Shown piece by piece: positions 1-9,390 of a stretch of 64,000 nucleotides of DNA (positions are counted from its first letter, which is position 1; each line of letters begins with the position of its first letter). The notes under the pieces were generated by a model. It was given only the letters and a program-made list of their open reading frames with translations, was not told the DNA's origin and ran no database searches. Location of the stretch: positions 1 through 64,000 of the forward strand of contig OX337240.1 of the NCBI GenBank assembly GCA_946965045.2, read 5' to 3'. Position numbers and translations under genes: made by a program. The stretch comes from Epithemia pelagica (Eukaryota > Protista > Bacillariophyta).

Positions 1-540
1 AACCCTAACCCTAACCCTAACCCTAACCCTAACCCTAACCCTAACCCTAACCCTAACCCTAACCCTAACCCTAACCCTAACCCTAACCCTAACCCTAACC
101 CTAACCCTAACCCTAACCCTAACCCTAACCCTAACCCTAACCCTAACCCTAACCCTAACCCTAACCCTAACCCTAACCCTAACCCTAACCCTAACCCTAA
201 CCCTAACCCTAACCCTAACCCTAACCCTAACCCTAACCCTAACCCTAACCCTAACCCTAACCCTAACCCTAACCCTAACCCTAACCCTAACCCTAACCCT
301 AACCCTAACCCTAACCCTAACCCTAACCCTAACCCTAACCCTAACCCTAACCCTAACCCTAACCCTAACCCTAACCCTAACCCTAACCCTAACCCTAACC
401 CTAACCCTAACCCTAACCCTAACCCTAACCCTAACCCTAACCCTAACCCTAACCCTAACCCTAACCCTAACCCTAACCCTAACCCTAACCCTAACCCTAA
501 CCCTAACCCTAACCCTAACCCTAACCCTAACCCTAACCCT
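1..540. repeat. Telomeric repeat tract (AACCCT)90 = TTAGGG type
   Basis: Perfect 6-bp repeat from base 1 to 540, with the C-rich strand on + as expected for a left chromosome end. Confidence 0.99.
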
Positions 541-613
541 AGCATATTGAATATGACTGCTTTTGGGGAGTGGTCAAAGGGGCATAGACAAGGCCACTGC
601 TCAATCGGAACAA
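541..613 (+). repeat. Subtelomeric repeat copy 1, left part (continues at 6358-~6498 beyond the MULE)
   Basis: 541-613 plus 6358-~6498 are near-identical to the uninterrupted copy at 6765-~6984. Confidence 0.9.
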
Positions 614-875
614 CCCTCGGTATCAGTGTCCACTGCTTAGCTGTTTTTTGTCTGTGCCACTTCCATAGGTTCCCAAGTGGACACAGACAACAAAATTTTC
701 TTTTTCACAATTCTATTTTTCTGATTTCATCAAATTTCCATTACTATCGAGCAAGCCCTCCTCCCGTTGGAATCAAACGCATGCCCAGCATCCCACTGAA
801 TTCAAATCTCACTTTGTCACATCGCATGCTCTGTATTACTCATCTGCTGTTTTGCTGATTTGATGTGGTTTGACA

Positions 876-3800
876 ATGGCGGCAGATTCTTCCGACGGAG
901 TAAGTCGACTCAATCGCGAGCTTCATGCACTCAACAATTGGAAAGCCGAACTCTTCTGCAGTGACATTATCGGATATGAGAATCCTGTTGATCTCTTTCA
1001 ATTTACTGATAGGTCAAGGTACAAAGCCACACGGTGCAAACCTACCAACAAGACACAGACACATCCTATTGTTTTTGACTCTTCCAAATTCCCACCAACT
1101 AAAGAAGGCTTGAACAAGCTTTTATGTCACTTGAAGAAACTTGGAATTGCTCATGGTATGAATCTTATCTCTCGAAGTTCCAGTGGAGTTTTATCTTGCT
1201 ATCGATGCCGCACTTTTATTCGCAACAAAGCACTGTCATCTGACAAAAGTGCTACCGACAACGATCTTTGTATTCCCATTGACTCTTCGAAAGATTTTGA
1301 TGAAGATGGCATTCAACTTGGGATACGGTCCTACACATATCATCGTGATAAATCAAATGAACGTCCTGATGGAAAGTCGTCTCAAAGGGGAACCTGCAGT
1401 GGTCGTCCATTGCACATTGAGGAAACATGCAAGGTGTCTTTACGCTTTGGTATTCGTGAAGGACATGATGGATACATCTATTTGAAACAAGGGTGTGGAT
1501 ATGCATTCCATACAAACCATCCGAAACCCATTCCGGGAGAACTCTCCCTGAAATCAAGACATCTATCAGAGTCAGCAGTAGCTGTTATCAAGAGTGGTGG
1601 TAATGCTTCAATTGGATCTGGATCTGTTCGATACTTTGTGCTTGAGCATAAACAGGAACTTATATCGAGGGGATCAATGCAACGCCTTCAAATGGTACCC
1701 TCATTTCTGCAAAATTCGTCTAATCCTGTCAATGAGCACTCAACTGCATCGATGATGATCAACTGGATGAGGAAGAATGCAAGCGATCCAAATGTCAGAT
1801 TGCGCTATTGTTTTCTTTCTTGTCGAAAGGAAGGTCGGGCTTTCCATCGCCATTCAAAAGGACGACCACCAACCAATGGACACTTATCAATTACAGACGT
1901 TGAAGATAGAATGACTTATGTTGATGTTCTTGAGTCCACACACAAGACAAGTAACGACTTTCAAGAAGAGACAAAAGACATTGGCCTTGAATCGAATGAA
2001 GCATTAACAGACGCTTCAAATGCCTCAAGGGAGATAAACCAGGATCTCCAAATTGACGTTTCTTCCAAACGTGTTTTACTTGGTGCTGCATGGATTGACA
2101 TGGAAGCTTATTGCCTGTTCCTCCGTTTTCCAGAGATTCTTTTTGTTGATTCTACGCACAAGACGAACAATGAAGGAAGACCATTGCTCTTAATGTGTGG
2201 CAGAGACCAAAATGGTAAAGCCTTTGTTGTTTGTCGGATTTTTATGCCCAATGAAACAAGTGCATTCTATCGATGGGTCTTTCTCAAGTGTCTCCCATCT
2301 ATGATTGGCAGAGATCACTTACAACGAGTTCGCCTAGTAGTCACTGATGGTGACGCGCAAGAGTTTGATGCAGTCGAAGAAGCATGTTGCTCAGTCCTAC
2401 CATTGGTTAGAAGATCCCGATGTATGTATCACATTGTTCAAAAGACGTTTGAACGTTCAATAAACAATCATTATTGCTTGGACGCATCGTCACATATAGT
2501 TTTGAAAGAGATAAAAAGATGGATATACAGTTGGTCTGATGGAAGCTCATGCGTCACAGAGACACAATATGAGTTATCAAAGGGACTTCTGCTAAAACAA
2601 ATTCAGAGTGGGGTGTTGGAGCCGTTTTTCACACCGACGGGATTAACAGAAATCGAGCGATGGATTATAGAGAAAATACTTCCACAGGAAAGCTCTACTG
2701 CCTTTTGGAGAAAAACATATCACCGATGTTTTGATGAATACATGAACAATTCGGGAGAAGCAATGAATCGTTCATGCAAAAATTCAGACATCTCAGCGAA
2801 ACCAAACATGTGCATGGCTACGGCAGCCGACGCAATGCTTAACCATTCTTCTCTTGCAGCCAAAGATCGAAGAGTGAATCTTGCCCGACAACTTTCAGAA
2901 GTTCCTTTATACATTCGACATGATTCAAAGCATAATATCAAGGCTTTATCTGGTGTTTCAAACATGGCACGTCACATGGTTATCCAACAATATCGCCAAC
3001 GAACCCAATACACTGTTGCAAGGTATGCCCCCAACCAATGGTACGTTCTCCGAAATTCTATAAGTGGCTTGTCGGAATTTAGAACGAGCACACTTTGCCC
3101 TCCTGTGTTTAAGAATGCATGGAAAGTGGTAAACAATGATGGATATCTACAGTGTTCCTGTGGTTACATGCACAGGCACGGGATCCCTTGTCGTCATCTA
3201 TTTGCGATTGAACCAGAATATGACACTTCAGACATCGATGTGCGATGGCATCTTGCATATGGTTATTATGCCCATTCTGATGGATTTTCCTCCCTTACAG
3301 AGGCATATGCTGATCTCCAGAAAATGGATCAGATTGGGCTTCGTTTGAAAACAGACATCTCCACAGAAGAAGACTATCCTTATATCTGGTCAGGCACCGA
3401 ATATACTATCGACGACATCCTAGAAATTGCAAACAGTCCAGTTCCTCTATGCTGGAACTATACTGTCTCGGAATATCCAACTCAGTATCAGCCAATAGAA
3501 AGAGATCGTACAGGAAAAGAAGGAGAAGATATAGATGACACTGAGTTTCCTTTCACACAAGAGACTACAATGGAGGAGGAGATCGTCGACTCTGATAAAG
3601 TGGACTGCAATGAGTATCAGTTTCAAATGCCATTATCCGACGAGGTAAAGCAGTCAGCTTTGATAACCTTTTTCAAGGATATGCTTCCCTTGTTCAACTG
3701 CCGCTCATCTCGGAAACATCTTATGACAATTCTAAGTGAAGCGCGACAAAACCAATCCCGTGATTTAGGAAGAAAACGCAGACGTGTACTTGAGGGCAAC

Positions 3801-3896
3801 AGGACGACAAATGAAATGGACCAATTTATTTCAAGCAATATCGACTTCGACAATTCTCGAAGTTCATATCAACAAACTTACTACAGAAACAGATAA
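876..3896 (+). CDS. MULE transposase with FAR1/WRKY-like N-terminal region, DDE core and SWIM zinc finger
   Basis: Uninterrupted ~1006-aa ORF (first ATG at 876). Motifs: FVDSTHKTN (D1), VVTDGD (D2), RCMYH (CxxH), NSGEAMN (E), SWIM CSCGYMHRHGIPCRH, and upstream TCK...HTNH. Confidence 0.93.
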   Translation: MAADSSDGVSRLNRELHALNNWKAELFCSDIIGYENPVDLFQFTDRSRYKATRCKPTNKTQTHPIVFDSSKFPPTKEGLNKLLCHLKKLGIAHGMNLISRSSSGVLSCYRCRTFIRNKALSSDKSATDNDLCIPIDSSKDFDEDGIQLGIRSYTYHRDKSNERPDGKSSQRGTCSGRPLHIEETCKVSLRFGIREGHDGYIYLKQGCGYAFHTNHPKPIPGELSLKSRHLSESAVAVIKSGGNASIGSGSVRYFVLEHKQELISRGSMQRLQMVPSFLQNSSNPVNEHSTASMMINWMRKNASDPNVRLRYCFLSCRKEGRAFHRHSKGRPPTNGHLSITDVEDRMTYVDVLESTHKTSNDFQEETKDIGLESNEALTDASNASREINQDLQIDVSSKRVLLGAAWIDMEAYCLFLRFPEILFVDSTHKTNNEGRPLLLMCGRDQNGKAFVVCRIFMPNETSAFYRWVFLKCLPSMIGRDHLQRVRLVVTDGDAQEFDAVEEACCSVLPLVRRSRCMYHIVQKTFERSINNHYCLDASSHIVLKEIKRWIYSWSDGSSCVTETQYELSKGLLLKQIQSGVLEPFFTPTGLTEIERWIIEKILPQESSTAFWRKTYHRCFDEYMNNSGEAMNRSCKNSDISAKPNMCMATAADAMLNHSSLAAKDRRVNLARQLSEVPLYIRHDSKHNIKALSGVSNMARHMVIQQYRQRTQYTVARYAPNQWYVLRNSISGLSEFRTSTLCPPVFKNAWKVVNNDGYLQCSCGYMHRHGIPCRHLFAIEPEYDTSDIDVRWHLAYGYYAHSDGFSSLTEAYADLQKMDQIGLRLKTDISTEEDYPYIWSGTEYTIDDILEIANSPVPLCWNYTVSEYPTQYQPIERDRTGKEGEDIDDTEFPFTQETTMEEEIVDSDKVDCNEYQFQMPLSDEVKQSALITFFKDMLPLFNCRSSRKHLMTILSEARQNQSRDLGRKRRRVLEGNRTTNEMDQFISSNIDFDNSRSSYQQTYYRNR

Positions 3897-3931
3897 TGAT
3901 GTGATTAGAAACATGAATTTTTGTGTGTCAT

Positions 3932-5386
3932 TTACACTTGTTTGAGGTAGTCACGAATACATTCTTCAATTGGAGTCGAGCCCAGATCATTATTGTTTTT
4001 CCCCACAACTGACGTTTTCATATACAAGGAAAGAACAAAGACGTCTGAATCAACAACTTTTTTTGAAACACAATGGTATTCTTGAGGGTTGAAAATCAGG
4101 ATGTCAAGATTTTGAAGAGCAACTTTGTGACCAAGTTCAGGAAAGACAAAGTAGCATAAGACTTCTTCGTTTTGACGAACAGATTCTTCAGGACTCATTG
4201 CAACGACAACGGAGTACCCATAGTCTTGGTCTTTGTGAGCTGCTAGGAAAACATTCCGTCCGAAGGATATAGCACTGAAGAAGGTAGATTTCTTTCCATC
4301 GACTCCCAAAGTCGGGATGTCTTGAATCTTATTGAAATTCGAAAAGCCAAAAATGTAGGACCAGTCCGCCCAAGCGTAGAACTCCTCTTCGATCTGCTTG
4401 ACAAACCTGACCATCGTTTTCAAGTCTTTCTTGCTCATCAAATGTAACTTGGATGGAACAATTCCTTTCCCACCTCGGTTTGCCGTCATTCCAACTGTTA
4501 CATACGATGATTTGTTTGAATCTTGTGCCACAAATCGTTTTTTGCCTCTTTGTTGGAACTTTACCTGACTCTCAAGTTTCCCAAGAACCTTGATGACTTT
4601 GTCTTCGAAAGCAAAGGTGGTAAGGTTCTTGTTTCTCGGAGTTTTGAGGAAGACGGGAAGCTCAGCTTTTTGTGGACGAAACATGGCCCCACCTTGTCCC
4701 ACATCAGTTGTTAGAAACAATGACAATGAAATGAAGTCCAACTGAGAAGATGTTTGATTGTTGGAAACAAACAAAGACTCGGATGCGTCATCTTTGAAAA
4801 CACAGCATTTTTTGTCAAGAACTTGTTCAGACAGTGTGTGTTCACTTGAGGCATTGTCAACCTTCTTCAGTTCCATCTGCTTCTTTGATTTTTTATTCCG
4901 ATGCTGTCGCTGAGTTTTAGATCTTGCCTTGGAGCATCCATGCAATATAACCTGTCCAACTTGTGTTCGTTGTGAAGAAGGCTTGTTAGACTTAAACGTA
5001 TGTATGATGTTGGTGACAGAGCAATCGTTTTTTTTGTAGCTGTGCTTGCTAAGGTTTCGGATCAACTTTGAAGCAGTTTTCTTCTTTGTAGTGTGCGATG
5101 AATTCAGTCCCGCCCTATGGATAGAAGATCTATCCAAGCGCAAGGCGGTGAGACCCTTGTCATTTGATGCATGACACATGCTCGAAGAGCATGTTGGGTC
5201 TGATCGGCCACCCTTGAGAACTTTTGCGTCGCCACATGATTCCATCTTTTCTGCCAGTCCCGCCCAATGGAAAGAAGATCTATCCACGGACAAGGCGGTG
5301 AGACCCTTGCCATTGGAATGGCACACACTCATAGAGTGTGCTGGGTCTGATCGGCCACCCTTAAGAACTTTTTTGGCAACAGACAT
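3932..5386 (-). CDS. TET/JBP-like 2-oxoglutarate/Fe(II) dioxygenase with a basic, internally duplicated N-terminus
   Basis: 484-aa ORF. The C-terminus FSAISFGRNVFLAAHKDQD...YFVFPELGHKVALQNLDILIFNPQEYHCVS...VLSLY fits the TET/JBP double-stranded beta-helix (DSBH) pattern with HxD...H. The usual 2OG-binding Arg before the last strand is not evident. Confidence 0.72.
   Translation of the reverse strand: MSVAKKVLKGGRSDPAHSMSVCHSNGKGLTALSVDRSSFHWAGLAEKMESCGDAKVLKGGRSDPTCSSSMCHASNDKGLTALRLDRSSIHRAGLNSSHTTKKKTASKLIRNLSKHSYKKNDCSVTNIIHTFKSNKPSSQRTQVGQVILHGCSKARSKTQRQHRNKKSKKQMELKKVDNASSEHTLSEQVLDKKCCVFKDDASESLFVSNNQTSSQLDFISLSLFLTTDVGQGGAMFRPQKAELPVFLKTPRNKNLTTFAFEDKVIKVLGKLESQVKFQQRGKKRFVAQDSNKSSYVTVGMTANRGGKGIVPSKLHLMSKKDLKTMVRFVKQIEEEFYAWADWSYIFGFSNFNKIQDIPTLGVDGKKSTFFSAISFGRNVFLAAHKDQDYGYSVVVAMSPEESVRQNEEVLCYFVFPELGHKVALQNLDILIFNPQEYHCVSKKVVDSDVFVLSLYMKTSVVGKNNNDLGSTPIEECIRDYLKQV
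5105..5372 (-). repeat. 150-nt (50-aa) tandem duplication in the dioxygenase N-terminus
   Basis: KVLKGGRSDP...CH...KGLTAL..DRSS.H.AGL occurs twice; copies start at 5105 and 5255 on +. Confidence 0.9.
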
Positions 5387-5529
5387 TTAGAAGAAGACCA
5401 CAACAGACTTGAGCAGGAATAAACTTTTCTTTTAATCTGGAAAGAACAATGTGCAACAAAAAATGTTAGCAAGGAGGTAAGCAAGGAGTTGGAGCAATAT
5501 ACGTGACATCCATTCAAACAACAACCCAA

Positions 5530-6074
5530 CTTACCAATGTAGAGTTATGCTTGTTCAAAGATGGTCAGTCCCAAGAGACAAAAAAGTCGTACCACTCCAC
5601 TCAATCCAGTACAATTTTTTCTGTAGCAATTCGCCGGAATGCGGTCTACAACTGTTGTAAAGAGGGGTTAGAGACGGTTCTAATGCAAAAGAGTAGACTC
5701 CAATCTGACTTACCAATGTAGAGTTATGATTGACAGTCCCAAGAGACAAAAAAGTCGTACCACTCCACTCAATCCAGTACAACTTTTTCTGTAGCAATTC
5801 GCCAGAATGCGGTCTACAACTTAGAGACGGTTCTAATGCAAAAGAGTAGACTCCAATCTGACTTACCAATGTAGAGTTATGCTTGTTCAAAGATTGACAG
5901 TCCCAAGAGACAAAAAAGTCGTACCACTCCACTCAATCCAGTACAACTTTTTCTGTAGCAATTCACCAGAATGCGGTCTACAACCGTTGTAAAGAGGGGT
6001 TAGAGACGGTTCTAATGCAAAAGAGTAGACTCCAATCTGACTTACCAATGTAGAGTTATGCTTGTTCAAAGATG
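5530..6074. repeat. Tandem array of a ~179-bp unit (3 copies plus a partial) inside the MULE
   Basis: Units begin CTTACCAATGTAGAGTTATG at 5530, 5709, 5862 and 6041. Copy 2 has two short deletions. Confidence 0.95.
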
Positions 6075-6764
6075 AGGGATGGGTCAATGGTTTTTTTGTT
6101 GTTGGTTGTGCTTTGTGCAGACTGTGTAGTGTGCTTGTTGTTTTGGAGAGTGTGAGAGAAGAACTAGCGAGTTGGTCAGTGGTGCTTCAACGGTCAAAAC
6201 TAGCGAGCATGTCATTCTAGGGAGTTAAATTACAGGTAAAGGGAATTTCTAGCAAGGAAACCGGAAAAAAGAAAATTTTGTTGTCTGTGTCCACTTGGGA
6301 ACCTATGGAAGTGGCACAGACAAAAAACAGCTAAGCAGTGGACACTGATACCGAGGGAACAAATTGCAGCTCATCCGCAACAAATCCTTGCTCATATGCA
6401 ACAGGCACTATAGGATTTTGTGCTCATATGCACACGTTCAAATTCTACGGTCTCTAGTACTAAAAGCTCCCAAAAAAGTGAAATATCCTTAGGGTTTTTG
6501 CTACGTTTAGGGACTTTCCGGTAGTCCGGGTGCTTGAGCGCTTGAGCTCTCAAGCAACACCCTTTCTGCGCTGGAGCTCCTCAAGCGTTTGAGAGGTCAA
6601 GCGCATGAGCGCTTGAGCGCTTGACGCTTGACCCAGCTCTAGTAACAAGGAAATTTTGTACAGCAAACCAAAGGAAATTTAATCTTGCGTTGATTCTTCT
6701 ATGCAGAGTAGGGCGAGACAAAAACCTAACTGGCAGAGCTCTGAAAAGTATTTGGCCAGTATAG

Positions 6765-6984
6765 AGCATATTGAATATGACGGCTTTTGGGGAGTGGTCA
6801 AAGGGGCATAGACAAGGCCACTGCTCAATCGCAACAAAAGCATAACAAATTGCAGCTCATCCGCAACAAATCCTTGCTCATATGCAACAGGCACTATAGG
6901 ATTTTGTGCTCATATGCACACGTTCAAATTCTACAGTCTCTAGTACTAAAAGCTCCCAAAAAAGTGAAATATCCTTAGAGTTTT
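6765..6984 (+). repeat. Subtelomeric repeat copy 2 (no transposon)
   Basis: Matches 541-613 joined to 6358-~6498, with AACAA-AAGCAT-AACAA at the position of the MULE. Confidence 0.9.
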
Positions 6985-7582
6985 AAAACTATGCACATGA
7001 CTTGGAAACATAGTAGTAGTAGTAGTATTCGGTTCCATTCGACAACCACACTACTATATGGATAACCCTAGCGAATAAGGATTTCCTGCAAGACGATGGT
7101 TGGAACGGTACACACCGACAGTCCGTCCATCGTCGAACAATCCCACTGTGGGTCGTATTGTACCTAGGAGTAGTAGATAGCAGGAGTAGCATAGAATCTC
7201 TAGCTAGCTATCGAAGATCAGAGAGCCGTCCCGCATCCCCCCGCGCGCTGGACCGTTGCAGTGCGCGAGGCGATTCAGTGATCCGTTCGATTCGATGAGC
7301 ACGCGTCGGTCCATAAGCTCGGAGTACGCCCGCATTGCAGTGTCCGTCTATGTGTATATAGATCTCTTGTTCGAACAGATCCACAACTTATCGAGAGCAA
7401 TTGAAAGCACGCCTGCGTGACTCTGTTTGAATTCCAAAAAGTGTGTCTCTCACAATTTTAAAAGTCCTCGATATCATCGCTCCGCCGCCGCCGCAACCGA
7501 CAGTCGTTTGGTGTGCTCTCATTCTCGTGTCATTCTCTGGGAGATCCAGGTGCCTTTTGGGTGGTTGCGGTTGCGGAAGGAA

Positions 7583-7936
7583 TCATTGAAATTGGCATAT
7601 TGACATCTTATTCCCAAGAGACGGACCAAAACGGCTCCTCCTCCAACGGTCATAATAGGTGGCTTCGTCCACTTCTCGATCTTCGGTCCACCACGCATCG
7701 CGCAATTGGGGTTCCCAATACTGCGTTGCGACATGCAGCATCCATGATGTGACGGCCACGGTCACCAAACTGCCAAACACGAGGACCTGTAAGAATCGCC
7801 AGGCCAACCATGAACCTGTAGTGGTGTTGTGATTGTGGTTGTTCTGGTGGTGGTTGGAAGGAGACGCAGCAGCCGTGGCTGTCGTCGTTGTCGTTCTGGC
7901 CGTGGCGAACGTGAGAGCTGACGGTTCGACCAACAT
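7583..7936 (-). pseudogene. Possible truncated 5' fragment of a membrane-protein gene
   Basis: Hydrophobic segment (FLQVLVFGSLVTVAVTSWML) and WTEDREVDEATYYDR, then an abrupt change to non-protein-like sequence. Family not established. Confidence 0.25.
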
Positions 7937-9215
7937 GCTTGTTTTGGTTCTCGCTTTCACTCCACAACCCACAACGCTCGCCGTTGTTGTTGTCGTCTCT
8001 CTCTCTCCTCTTTCTCTGTTTTCTGTTGGTTGGAACGACTGCTTTCCTCTCGCCCTCACTCCACAGCGCTCGTCGTTGTACTTGACGTTCGTTGTCGTTG
8101 TCCTTGTCGTCGTCTCTCTCCCTCTTTTCTGTCGGTTGATTGTGGAAAGATCCAATTCGGCGATTGGACCACAGTGTTTCCATGTTAGATTTTAGGGTAA
8201 GTTAATGGGCAGGGTTGGCTTTGGGTGGGGGCTTCACTGTCATCTATATGAGCCCGCCAATGGCTCGCATATGTTGGCGAGTACACATATACATGTCATA
8301 TACATCACATGAATCGACTCCAACTATTCCAAACCTGTTGCCGCCAAGAAACTATGACACATGACCCTTGGCAGGACCGAACATTTCACGTAGACCTATC
8401 GTAGTAATCAACACACAATCTAACAATATCACCATTTATCACATCTTCTTTTGTGTCCCGACTATCCTTTTGATAGACTACGACTTGCTTGCTTCTCTGA
8501 CCCTGAGGAGCTTGTATCGGTTGGTGACCTACCTGATTGTCTGCTCTACCGAGCATCAATGTCCCTACGATTCAGAAAGAATTGTAACACAACTGTGGTC
8601 AGCCAGGTCACCAGAGAGGACAGTGCCGAGTCGATTTCCGAACAGTCTTGAGCAACAAGGCCTGCTTTTACTGCTTTGATGTGTTCGGCAGGCGCGGCTA
8701 CAAGCAACACCATCCCAGTGCATGTCCTTTACAACGAAGATTGAAGCGGCTGATGATCGATGTATATGAGTCAAGGAAGACCAATGGACAATCCAGAGCA
8801 ATGACTGATTTCATGTCCGAAGTAACATGCGACAGCCATTCGTTTCATGCTTTTCTGTGTCAGAGTGTTGAACAACGGATGGGCATGACAGTGACACAGA
8901 CACCTCATGCAACCACAGCAGCCAGACCATCTGTGGCACGACCAGCTCTACCAAGGAATCCATATGCAAAGAAAGCATTCAAGTAGATAGTATTAAGTTA
9001 GTAGTTACAATGTGTCGGGTTAAAGACCATCATCAAAAGGCCCATAGAAGAGTCATCTGACAAAAAATCTAATCACGTCTCACAAAAAAAATATTAGGCC
9101 CAAAGAAGGGTCATTTCACACAAAAATCTGACCCAGTCGCACTTGTAGTGACGGGAAATGAAACTAGTCGAGCTAAGACTAACTAATAAGCATGGGCATA
9201 GGTATGACTAGAATA

Positions 9216-9346
9216 GGGCTGTTCTAGTGGGCTGTTCTGCAGTGGGACAGCAGGCTGTTCTGCAGTGGGACAGGGCACTTCTGCAGTGGGACAGAGGGCG
9301 GTTCTGCAGTGGGAAAAGTGGGATGGGGGCTGCTCTGCAGTGGGAC
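9216..9346 (+). repeat. Short tandem array with CTGCAGTGGGA core (5 copies plus one degenerate)
   Basis: Cores at 9237, 9260, 9281, 9304 and 9335. Confidence 0.9.
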
Positions 9347-9390
9347 GCTAGAGTCTACGCAGGCCTACGGACAGGCACTTTCTCCTTAGG

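Larger units (their letters stand above)
614..6357 (+). mobile_element. Mutator-like (MULE) DNA transposon, 5744 bp, with two convergent ORFs
   Basis: 92-bp TIRs at 614-705 and 6266-6357 (CCCTCGGTATCAGTGTCC... / ...GGACACTGATACCGAGGG). AACAA flanks both ends (609-613, 6358-6362). Encodes a MULE transposase. Confidence 0.92.

Noticed and set aside
5530-6074. CRISPR-like array
   Set aside because: The whole ~179-bp unit repeats with no unique spacers, there are no cas genes, and the context is eukaryotic.
8451-8986. Telomere-linked RecQ helicase
   Set aside because: No helicase motifs are present; only a Cys/His-containing fragment.
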